Source: Methylophagaceae bacterium
GTDB taxonomy: Bacteria; Pseudomonadota; Gammaproteobacteria; Nitrosococcales; Methylophagaceae
NCBI GenBank assembly: GCA_965219435.1
Contig: OZ244743.1
Span: 1,289,903 to 1,353,902, forward strand
Length of the DNA stretch: 64,000 bases
Direction of reading: 5' to 3'
Shown one piece after another: positions 49,389 to 57,638 of the stretch; position 1 is the first letter of the stretch, and the number at the start of each line of letters is the position of its first letter. The position numbers and the translations under genes are program-made. The notes under the pieces are model-generated. The model saw nothing but the letters and a program-made list of their open reading frames with translations, made no database searches and was not told the origin of the DNA.

Positions 49389-49751
49389 TTAGTTAAGCTG
49401 AAAGGCATCTTTAACCCAGGTTATTTCATGAGATTGTTGTGTTGGTGATATCGCTATGACATCGAAACGATAGCCCAAAAATGACGGCGTGTTTTGTTGC
49501 AAATAGTGTTTGGCGGTGAGGATTATTTTGGCTTGTTTTTGATGATTAACACTTTCTAATGCACTCCCAAAACGCTTGTTTTTACGGTAACGTACCTCTA
49601 CAAAAACCAGTATTTGTTTATCTTGCATGATTAAATCAATTTCACCTCGGCGACAATGATAGTTTTTAACGACGAGCTTGAGTTTATTCTTTTGTAAAAA
49701 CTGACAAGCTAGCAACTCTGCTTGTCGGCCTGTATTTAATGCTTCAGCCAT
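49389..49751 (-). CDS. yraN: YraN family (UPF0102) endonuclease-like protein
   Basis: 120 aa. GRQAELLACQFLQ..., GEIDLIM, and LVFVEVRYR. Confidence 0.85.
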   Translation of the reverse strand: MAEALNTGRQAELLACQFLQKNKLKLVVKNYHCRRGEIDLIMQDKQILVFVEVRYRKNKRFGSALESVNHQKQAKIILTAKHYLQQNTPSFLGYRFDVIAISPTQQSHEITWVKDAFQLN

Positions 49752-51634
49752 TATTGTTGTGGGAGCAGTGATGGCTCGGAAGCTATTAAGGTGATTAGCC
49801 CATTGTTAAATGTTGCCCAATTAGGTTTTCGATTTACTAAGCCTGCTTGATCAATCGATAACTCCCCTGTTGCTCCTCGCATACTCAGTTCAGGCGATCG
49901 CCTCAATTGATTGAGTTCGGGAATTAAATGATAAGCATCAGCGCCTAGGGCATAGAGACGGACAAATTGTGCAAAGTGTTCGGGTGAAGCGTTTCGTAAT
50001 GCGATGTAGGTCGAGTCTGATTGTGCGATGTCACTGAATACCCAGGGCATGTCACTAATAACCAGCTTATTGAGATCAATGTTTTGTTGACTATTATCGT
50101 ATCCCTCATAGGCATGGGATGTCGCCATGATAGGTAAATTCCCAGAACGGTGAAATTTAAGCTGTGGAACAAGTTGGCGGGCTTTTAATGGTTTAGCCAC
50201 AACAAAAATGAAATCAATATCTTGCCGGCGACGAGCTTCAAATTCTAATGGTATCCCTAGGCGCTGTGTTAGCAGGAGTTCCCGTTGCTCACTGGCATCT
50301 AGCCCAAGTAGAGGTTTGATTGTTTTAGCAAAATCATTCTGGTTTGAATCATAATTGGCTTGATGCAGTAATACACCGTCGTTGTCTAACCATTGAGTAT
50401 TGAATGCTGTTGCAATACGAGCTCCCCATTCGTTGTTTGGCGCTAATACTAATACCCGTTGGTAGTTCATTCTTTTGGCATAGTTTGCTACGGCTATGGC
50501 TTCGTCTTCTGGCGCTAAACCAAATTGAAATAAATTTTGTTTAGCCGCTGAAGTGGTCAACCTATTGAGCGCAAGCACAGGAATACTTAAATTATTAGTA
50601 TTGGCTAAAACATCTAGTGATTCTTTGTCTAGTGGCCCAATGACCAGATTTGCATGAAGATCGACAGCGCGTTGATATTGTTGCAAGACATTACTCAAAC
50701 CTGTTTGTTTGTCGGTATCGACTGCATAAAAATGTAATCGAGTAGCCGACTTACTTGTAAAGTGGGCGGCAAGAATGCCTCGCTTAACGGCTTCTGCAGC
50801 TTCTTTATAAGGTCCTGTTTCGGGTAATAAAACAGCAATATCAGTGATTTGTTGCGGCAATCGGGTTCCAGAATCTAAACTTTGTTGATAAAGAGCTGGC
50901 TCTGCAGGATGGTTGGGATAATTACGCTGCCAATCTTCTAAGGCAACAATAAAGGCCTCTGGATTAGCGCGATAATTTTTGACTAAGTAAGCAAGTGCAA
51001 ACCAACCACTATCAATTGCCGGTGGCATGCTAGGGTTAAATAAGTCCAGTGCTTGTGGCGTTAGCGACATCAATGCTTGCCAAAGTGATTGATGATTTTG
51101 AACTTGTTCTGCTTCTGTCAGCAGGGGATCAAGCAAAATATGGCTATTGGCTTGCTCTAACCAGTTATTTGTTAAGCCATAAGCCTGAATTTTAAGTTCA
51201 AGTATCTCTTGTTTTTGTGATGCTGATATATATGTCAAGTCAAAAGGAGTAAGCGCTGCTAATGCTTGTTCAGGCTTGGCATTACTCAAAGCAATTTTGG
51301 CATCAAGCATGGCGGTATCTAGCTGTTGAGCTTGATTTAATTGTGCGCGATTGACTTTAGCTAACGTGGCATTAACATCTTCTTGTTGGTTGATTTGCCA
51401 AAATGCTACTGCCGCGCGTAAATAAAAGAGTGATTTTTGGGGCTCGCTGGCAGCTGTCGCCAAATCGATATACTGTTGTGATGCGGCGAGGTAGTCACCT
51501 GATTGCTCTGCTGTTAGGGCCGCAATTTCAGCCGTATTATCTGGCCGAGTAGTGATAGGTGAGGGCGCCAGTTGGCATCCACTCAAGTTGAAGGTGATGA
51601 TTATAAATAAGCTGAAATAAAATCGTGATGTCAT
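49751..51634 (-). CDS. lpoA: penicillin-binding protein activator LpoA
   Basis: 627 aa. Lipobox LSGC. N-terminal TPR-like region plus a C-terminal periplasmic-binding-protein-like domain. Divergent from rsmI and followed by yraN, as in enterobacteria and Pseudomonas. Confidence 0.85.
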   Translation of the reverse strand: MTSRFYFSLFIIITFNLSGCQLAPSPITTRPDNTAEIAALTAEQSGDYLAASQQYIDLATAASEPQKSLFYLRAAVAFWQINQQEDVNATLAKVNRAQLNQAQQLDTAMLDAKIALSNAKPEQALAALTPFDLTYISASQKQEILELKIQAYGLTNNWLEQANSHILLDPLLTEAEQVQNHQSLWQALMSLTPQALDLFNPSMPPAIDSGWFALAYLVKNYRANPEAFIVALEDWQRNYPNHPAEPALYQQSLDSGTRLPQQITDIAVLLPETGPYKEAAEAVKRGILAAHFTSKSATRLHFYAVDTDKQTGLSNVLQQYQRAVDLHANLVIGPLDKESLDVLANTNNLSIPVLALNRLTTSAAKQNLFQFGLAPEDEAIAVANYAKRMNYQRVLVLAPNNEWGARIATAFNTQWLDNDGVLLHQANYDSNQNDFAKTIKPLLGLDASEQRELLLTQRLGIPLEFEARRRQDIDFIFVVAKPLKARQLVPQLKFHRSGNLPIMATSHAYEGYDNSQQNIDLNKLVISDMPWVFSDIAQSDSTYIALRNASPEHFAQFVRLYALGADAYHLIPELNQLRRSPELSMRGATGELSIDQAGLVNRKPNWATFNNGLITLIASEPSLLPQQ

Positions 51635-51649
51635 TGCGTCGTATCGAGA

Positions 51650-52582
51650 ATGATAAATTTAGAGAAACATAGTAACAACTCACGTATATTACGACCAGAA
51701 CTCAGTAATAAATATAAGGTGTTGTTTGTGCCAGAAAATGAAGTAGCAGGGTTGTATATTGTCGCCACACCGATTGGTAACCTATCTGATATGTCACTGC
51801 GCGCGATTGAAGTATTGCAATCTGTTGATGTGATTGCTGCAGAAGATACTCGGCATAGCGGCTTTTTATTGCAACATTTTGCGATAAAAACACCGAGCGT
51901 TTCCTTACACGATCACAATGAGCAACAAAAAAGTGAAGCCTTATTAACACGATTGCAGCAAGGTGAATCAATCGCTTTAATCAGTGATGCTGGCACGCCA
52001 TTGATTAGTGACCCCGGTTATAAACTAGTCTCTTTAGTACGTGAACATGGTATTCCGGTGATACCTGTCCCGGGCAGTTGCGCTTTAATTGCGGCATTAT
52101 CAGCATCAGGTCTGCCATCAGATAGGTTTAGCTTTGAAGGCTTTTTGCCATCAAAACAAGGCGCTCGCCAGCAAGCATTAGAAAATCTGGCCGCCGATAC
52201 ACGTACCTTAATTTTCTATGATAGTCCTCGACGATTACAAGCAACACTCGTTGATATGGTCGCGATATTGGGTGGAGAGCGACGTGCTTGTTTAGCCCGT
52301 GAACTGACCAAACTTCATGAGACGATTAACACCCAGCCACTATCAGAATTATTAGATTGGGTGAGTCGTGATGCTAATCAACAGCGTGGAGAATGTGTTT
52401 TACTCGTAGAAGGTGCCAAACAACATCAAAATGCCAGTGAGCTTGAAGTGAATCGTGTTTTAGGTCTATTGCTCAAAGAATTACCCGTTAAGAAAGCATC
52501 GGCTCTTGCTTCATCGCTATTGGGTGTGAGTAAAAATAATGCCTATGACATGGCACTTAAACTTCAGCACAAAGACAAGTAG
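51650..52582 (+). CDS. rsmI: 16S rRNA (cytidine1402-2'-O)-methyltransferase RsmI
   Basis: LYIVATPIGNLSDMSLRAIEVL, AEDTRHS and SDAGTPLISDPG. The start is uncertain: there are in-frame GTG/TTG codons at 51719-51728. Confidence 0.9.
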   Translation: MINLEKHSNNSRILRPELSNKYKVLFVPENEVAGLYIVATPIGNLSDMSLRAIEVLQSVDVIAAEDTRHSGFLLQHFAIKTPSVSLHDHNEQQKSEALLTRLQQGESIALISDAGTPLISDPGYKLVSLVREHGIPVIPVPGSCALIAALSASGLPSDRFSFEGFLPSKQGARQQALENLAADTRTLIFYDSPRRLQATLVDMVAILGGERRACLARELTKLHETINTQPLSELLDWVSRDANQQRGECVLLVEGAKQHQNASELEVNRVLGLLLKELPVKKASALASSLLGVSKNNAYDMALKLQHKDK

Positions 52583-52601
52583 TCAGGTATGATCTTGCCT
52601 T

Positions 52602-52968
<367 letters not shown>

Positions 52969-53122
52969 TTTCTATTTTGCCTGTTTATTAAGTCGATTAA
53001 GACTTCTATTAGCAAGGCTGAAACTTATTTTACAAAGCTACCTCAAACAGGCACATCTTATATTCGCCCAAAGCGAAAACCTAACTCCTTTTTAGGCTGT
53101 TTTATGGTGAAATCAATTCACT

Positions 53123-53214
53123 CTGACCCCTTGATGCTCCTGACCCCTTGATGCTCTCTCTCTGACCCCTTGATGCTCTCTCTGCCCCCTTGATCCCTGC
53201 TTGATCTCCCGATC
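53123..53214. repeat. decaying short tandem repeat (CTGACCCCTTGATGCTC x3 plus two degenerate units) ending in three GATC sites
   Basis: Perfect 17-mers at 53123, 53140 and 53162. Degenerate units ctgcccccttgatccc (53182) and ctgcttgatctccc (53197). GATC at 53192, 53203 and 53211. Confidence 0.85.
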
Positions 53215-53360
53215 TAAAATCATCGACATTGAGCGATAGTTCTGTTAGTTTGTCAAAATTCTGTATTCACTTAATATGTAAGTCAACCGGAGTTGATAAA
53301 AATTAACTGTCACCTTAAACAAGCACTGATGATTGTGGCAGACGTTAATTTGTTATTATC

Positions 53361-55505
53361 ATGCTGAAACTAGCTAAAATTCTCTCCATTCAACGTGATA
53401 GTTTGCAGTGGAAAGTGGCGTTGAGCGCTTTTATTGGCATCATACTGTCGTCGACGATATTGATGTTACTTATTGCTTATTTGTTGTATCCATATATCTC
53501 GCTTCCTCTCATTGACTTCTTGCTCTACTCAGTTGTAACTACATTGTTTTTATTGGTTGTAGCTGTGTTTTTTGCTTCGCGAACCTATATATTACTCGCC
53601 CAGCCTATTAGTAATCTTGAACAAATCACCCTTGCTTTGCCGTTACTTTCATCTAAAAAATACACTGAGGCTAGAGAGGCATTCAGATTGGATGGTCAAA
53701 AGACACGGGAAGTCGAGATAACCCAGCTACAATTTACCGTATTTCAGTTAACGTCGCTTTTAGAAAAACTTGATGCCAGTGTTAATCAGCGTTCACAGTT
53801 GATTCTTTCTCAAAAAGATGAACTCCAAGATGAGCGCGATTTCATTAAAAACTTATTAGATACTGCTCAGCTTATAATTCTGACAATTGATGATGAGTTA
53901 AATGTAACGATGTTTAATCAGTATGCTGAGAAAATATCGGGCTTCACAAAAAATGACATGATTGAAACGACAGTCTCTAGAATGTTCCCCGCTGGCAATT
54001 GGATAGAGGCTGAACCCCTATTTAATGAGCTTTTATTAGGGAATATGACCATTGCCCAGCAAGATGCTGAAATGATCGACTCTAAAGGACATATTAAGCA
54101 CCTTTCATGGTTACATTCACGCATTGAAACTAAAAATAATGTGCGTTCTATTTTATGTGTAGGCTTGGATACAACCTCTAAAAAAGAAGCGGAGAAACGG
54201 ATTGTTTGGATGGCTGAGCATGATCCGTTAACAAGTCTTGCTAACCGACGAAAGTTTACTGCTGAATTTGAAACATCACTGCAATCATCAATACGTTATA
54301 AACATAACAATGCATTACTTTATTTAGATTTAGATGCCTTTAAGGATATTAACGATACGAGTGGTCATGCCGCCGGTGATGAGCTTTTACAAGCGGTGGC
54401 AACAACGCTTGCGACCGTTACACGCTATACCGATTTAGTGGCGCGTTTAGGTGGCGATGAATTTGCTATATTAATTCCCGAAACGGATTATGCGGGTGCA
54501 GTGATGCTAGCAAAAAAAATAATTTACGAGTTTTCTAAACTGAAGTTAACTTATGGTGAAATAAGCCATAAAGTATCAACGAGTATCGGTATCGTTCACT
54601 ACCCCATCAAAGACGCAGATATTCATGAGTTAATGGGATTTGCTGATCTGGCAATGTATAAAGCAAAAGCCAACGGTAAAGGCACTTATCACACGTTCTC
54701 AGTTGATGATAAGACTAAAGAGTTATTAGAAACGAGAGTGTTATGGAAGCACAAAATTGAAAATGCCTTAGAAAACGATCTTTTTGTTTTATATTTTCAG
54801 CCGATTATGGAGATAAAAACAAGTACGATTAAGCATTATGAAGTGTTGCTTCGTATGTATGATAATGAAACGGGTGAAATAAGCTTGCCTGGAAAATTTA
54901 TCGACATTGCAGAAGAAACTGGTTTGATTAATACGATAGACCATTATGTGATTCAACGTAGCATGATGAAACTTGCAGAACTGCAGCGTGAAGGTATTAA
55001 AGCTAAATTAGCCATAAACTTATCAGGTGCCGTTATCGATAATAAGTTGCTACTTCCTTTGTTGAAACGCATTATCGAACAGTATGATGTTAGACCAGAG
55101 AGTTTGATTTTTGAACTGACTGAGACTGCGGCTGTATCAAATATTAAGCAAGCCCAGTTATTTATGACTGAAATTAAAAAGCTGGGTTGTTATTTCTCAT
55201 TAGATGATTTTGGCGTCGGCTTCTCGTCATTTAATTATCTTCGTGAATTGCCTGTAGATAGTATAAAAATAGATGGCGTATTTATTAAAAACTTAGATAA
55301 AAATGAACAAGATCAGCTTTTTGTAAAAGCCTTAGTTGATGTGGCAAAGGGGCTAGGCAAAAAAACAGTTGCTGAATATGTTGAAAATAAAGAGATCTTA
55401 GCGAAACTAGATGAGTTTGGTGTTGATTATGCCCAAGGATTCTACATCGGTCGGCCTGATAGCAAAATGAGAGAAGGCATACATTGGAAGCCTAAAGGTC
55501 AGTAG
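53361..55505 (+). CDS. membrane-anchored PAS-GGDEF-EAL c-di-GMP turnover protein
   Basis: 714 aa with two N-terminal TM helices and a PAS-like segment (FIKNLLDTAQLIILTIDDELNVTMFN). GGDEF is intact (RLGGDEFAILI). The EAL domain has YEVLLRM, DDFGVGFSS and IKIDG. Confidence 0.9.
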   Translation: MLKLAKILSIQRDSLQWKVALSAFIGIILSSTILMLLIAYLLYPYISLPLIDFLLYSVVTTLFLLVVAVFFASRTYILLAQPISNLEQITLALPLLSSKKYTEAREAFRLDGQKTREVEITQLQFTVFQLTSLLEKLDASVNQRSQLILSQKDELQDERDFIKNLLDTAQLIILTIDDELNVTMFNQYAEKISGFTKNDMIETTVSRMFPAGNWIEAEPLFNELLLGNMTIAQQDAEMIDSKGHIKHLSWLHSRIETKNNVRSILCVGLDTTSKKEAEKRIVWMAEHDPLTSLANRRKFTAEFETSLQSSIRYKHNNALLYLDLDAFKDINDTSGHAAGDELLQAVATTLATVTRYTDLVARLGGDEFAILIPETDYAGAVMLAKKIIYEFSKLKLTYGEISHKVSTSIGIVHYPIKDADIHELMGFADLAMYKAKANGKGTYHTFSVDDKTKELLETRVLWKHKIENALENDLFVLYFQPIMEIKTSTIKHYEVLLRMYDNETGEISLPGKFIDIAEETGLINTIDHYVIQRSMMKLAELQREGIKAKLAINLSGAVIDNKLLLPLLKRIIEQYDVRPESLIFELTETAAVSNIKQAQLFMTEIKKLGCYFSLDDFGVGFSSFNYLRELPVDSIKIDGVFIKNLDKNEQDQLFVKALVDVAKGLGKKTVAEYVENKEILAKLDEFGVDYAQGFYIGRPDSKMREGIHWKPKGQ

Positions 55506-55593
55506 CTAGTCCTTTCATTGGTGATAAGCCTGTCATTATCATTTACAGCGAATATTTGGTAATCAGCTTGTTATTTAATTTAATGTGTACCAG

Positions 55594-55628
55594 ATAAGCT
55601 AGCATGCCGAGCTTATTTCTTTTTCTGA
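55594..55628 (+). terminator. candidate terminator of the GGDEF-EAL gene
   Basis: ataagct / agcttat forms a 7-bp stem with a 9-nt loop, followed by ttctttttct. The stem is AT-rich, so this is weak. Confidence 0.4.
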
Positions 55629-55863
55629 AATTTTCCGCGCCAGTCGGCGATTTATTTATTTGCTGTTCACTTACCTTGCTGAATAGTACGAGATTATTTA
55701 CAGCGTAAAGACGGCTTCAATAACTAGAATTTACATTAACTTACGATGCCAGTTTTTTGATAAAAAAGTAGTCCTTACTTCTTACCTAGGTATTATCTTC
55801 CCCACTCTTATAAAACAACGCTAAGTCATTGTGTCTAAAAGAGGATTTTGTTGATCCACATGC

Positions 55864-55892
55864 TTGACACACAACTTACTGACTCATATAGT
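55864..55892 (+). promoter_or_regulatory. sigma70-type promoter of the dcw cluster (Pmra equivalent)
   Basis: TTGACA (55864-55869), a 17-nt spacer, then TATAGT (55887-55892), 56 nt upstream of the mraZ GTG start. Confidence 0.6.
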
Positions 55893-55900
55893 GTCGATTA

Positions 55901-55930
55901 GTGGGTAATTGTGGATCAATGTGGATCACA
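55901..55930 (+). promoter_or_regulatory. three 10-bp-phased GTGG(G/A) repeats, candidate MraZ operator
   Basis: gtgggtaatt gtggatcaat gtggatcaca lies immediately downstream of the -10. E. coli MraZ is known to bind phased TGGGN repeats at the same relative position. Confidence 0.55.
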
Positions 55931-55947
55931 TGAGTTGAGGGTAAGCA

Positions 55948-56400
55948 GTGTTTAGAGGCGTAGCAACATTTAATTTAGATGCAAAAGGACGGATGGCCAT
56001 TCCAGCCAAGTTCCGTAAGCATCTTGACGTGTGTTGTGAAGGGCGCCTTGTGATAACTATTGATCATTCTGATCATTGTTTGCAGTTGTACCCTCTACCT
56101 GAGTGGGAAGGTGTTGAGCAAAAGTTATCCGAATTACCAAGTTTGAATCCTCAAGTCCGTCGTTTAAAGCGTATGTTGTTAGGTTATGCCACCGAATGTG
56201 AAATGGATAACAACGGCCGTATTTTACTGCCTGCTAAGTTGCGAGAGTTTGCAGGAATGGACAAGAGCATGGTGATGATTGGCCAAGGTAATAAGTTTGA
56301 GTTATGGGACGAGCCAACATGGAATGGCCTTATGGATGAGTGTTTAGAAGAAAATTTTGACGGTATTTTACCTGTCGAATTAGAAAGTCTGTCGATTTAA
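55948..56400 (+). CDS. mraZ: transcriptional regulator MraZ
   Basis: MFRGVATFNLDAKGRMAIPAKFR, plus a second SpoVT/AbrB-like repeat NGRILLPAKLREFAG. GTG start with gaggg upstream. Confidence 0.95.
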   Translation: MFRGVATFNLDAKGRMAIPAKFRKHLDVCCEGRLVITIDHSDHCLQLYPLPEWEGVEQKLSELPSLNPQVRRLKRMLLGYATECEMDNNGRILLPAKLREFAGMDKSMVMIGQGNKFELWDEPTWNGLMDECLEENFDGILPVELESLSI

Positions 56401-56409
56401 GGCGCTATT

Positions 56410-57348
56410 ATGACGGTGAGTCATTCTGAACATTTGCCCGTTTTATTAAAAGAAGCTGTCGCGGCATTAGCCATCAAAGCAGATGGTATCTATATGGATG
56501 GTACTTTTGGTCGTGGTGGTCATGCTCGACAAATATTGACACAGTTATCAGCAAATGGTCGATTACTTGGATTAGATAAAGATCCAGAAGCAATAGCTGA
56601 AGGACAGTTACTCGCCGAGGACGATTCTCGTTTTAGCATTGAGCAATGCTCATTTGCCGACTTAGCAACCGCCGCACATGGACGTGTTTGGCAGGGTAAG
56701 ATTGACGGCATTTTGCTAGATATTGGTGTTTCTTCACCCCAGCTTGATGTGGCTGAACGTGGATTTAGCTTTCAAAAAGACGGGCCTCTCGATATGCGGA
56801 TGAACCCTGATGCTGGCATGAGTGCAGCAGAGTGGTTAGCAACAGCTGAGATGGAAGATATAGCCCATATTATTAAAACCTTGGGTGAAGAGCGTTTTGG
56901 AACACGTATTGCACGTGCGATTGTTGAAACACGTGATGCATCACCTATTACGACGACAAAGCAATTAGCCGCGTTAGTTGATAAAGCAAGTCCCTTTCGT
57001 GAAAAACACAAACATCCCGCGACCCGAACATTTCAAGCAATACGCATTCATATTAATAATGAATTAGGTGATTTAACTCACGGTTTAGAGCAAGCACTTG
57101 ATGTGCTCGCTATCGGTGGCCGATTAGCGGTAATCAGTTTCCATTCATTAGAAGACCGCATTGTAAAACGTTATTTCCGAGAACAAGCAAAAGGTGATGA
57201 TTTACCCTCATACTTTCCCGTTAGAGCGGAAGAGCTTAATCCGCGTGTTAAATTGATTGGTAAGGCAATTAAAGCTGGTAAGGATGAATTAGATGTCAAT
57301 CCGCGCGCGCGCAGTGCCGTGTTGCGTGTGGTGGAGAAGTTGCTGTGA
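56410..57348 (+). CDS. rsmH: 16S rRNA (cytosine1402-N4)-methyltransferase RsmH
   Basis: HLPVLLKEAV, DGTFGRGGHA, LDIGVSSPQLD and SFHSLEDRIVK. Confidence 0.95.
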   Translation: MTVSHSEHLPVLLKEAVAALAIKADGIYMDGTFGRGGHARQILTQLSANGRLLGLDKDPEAIAEGQLLAEDDSRFSIEQCSFADLATAAHGRVWQGKIDGILLDIGVSSPQLDVAERGFSFQKDGPLDMRMNPDAGMSAAEWLATAEMEDIAHIIKTLGEERFGTRIARAIVETRDASPITTTKQLAALVDKASPFREKHKHPATRTFQAIRIHINNELGDLTHGLEQALDVLAIGGRLAVISFHSLEDRIVKRYFREQAKGDDLPSYFPVRAEELNPRVKLIGKAIKAGKDELDVNPRARSAVLRVVEKLL

Positions 57349-57638
57349 TTTTGCTAGATAAATTAGAGCCACTGCATATTGACGTGCCACTACTCGTGAT
57401 GATTATTGCTGTCGTCATGTCGGCAGTCGGTGTTGTTTATAGTAAACATCTTGGTCGTATTGAGTTTGTAGCCTTGCAAAAGTTAGAACAAACACGTGAT
57501 CAGTTAAATGAAGGCTGGGGTCGATTGTTGCTAGAGCAGAGTACGTGGGCTAATCCTGCAAGAATTGAGCAACAGTCAGAACTTCGATTAAAAATGGTCG
57601 TCCCGACACCTAATATGACGGTAGTGATTAAACCATGA
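57345..57638 (+). CDS. ftsL: cell division protein FtsL
   Basis: 97 aa with one TM helix followed by a coiled coil. Positioned between rsmH and ftsI with 4-nt overlaps on both sides. Confidence 0.85.
   Translation: MILLDKLEPLHIDVPLLVMIIAVVMSAVGVVYSKHLGRIEFVALQKLEQTRDQLNEGWGRLLLEQSTWANPARIEQQSELRLKMVVPTPNMTVVIKP

Noticed and set aside
53121-53214. Possibility that the tandem repeat is a CRISPR array.
   Set aside because: The units are 16-22 bp and directly abutting, with no unique spacers. There are no cas genes and no leader. This is a simple tandem repeat.
55603-55707. 34-codon ORF (MPSLFLFLKFSAPVGDLFICCSLTLLNSTRLFTA) downstream of the GGDEF-EAL gene.
   Set aside because: Its start codon lies in the loop of the candidate terminator hairpin. 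It has no Shine-Dalgarno sequence, and its composition reflects the T-rich terminator tail.
55852-55930. Possibility that the DnaA-box-like, GATC-containing 9-mers mark a replication origin.
   Set aside because: There are only three boxes, each with one mismatch. There are no AT-rich 13-mer unwinding repeats and no dnaA/dnaN or gidA/mioC context. The position matches the known MraZ operator location at the head of the dcw cluster.
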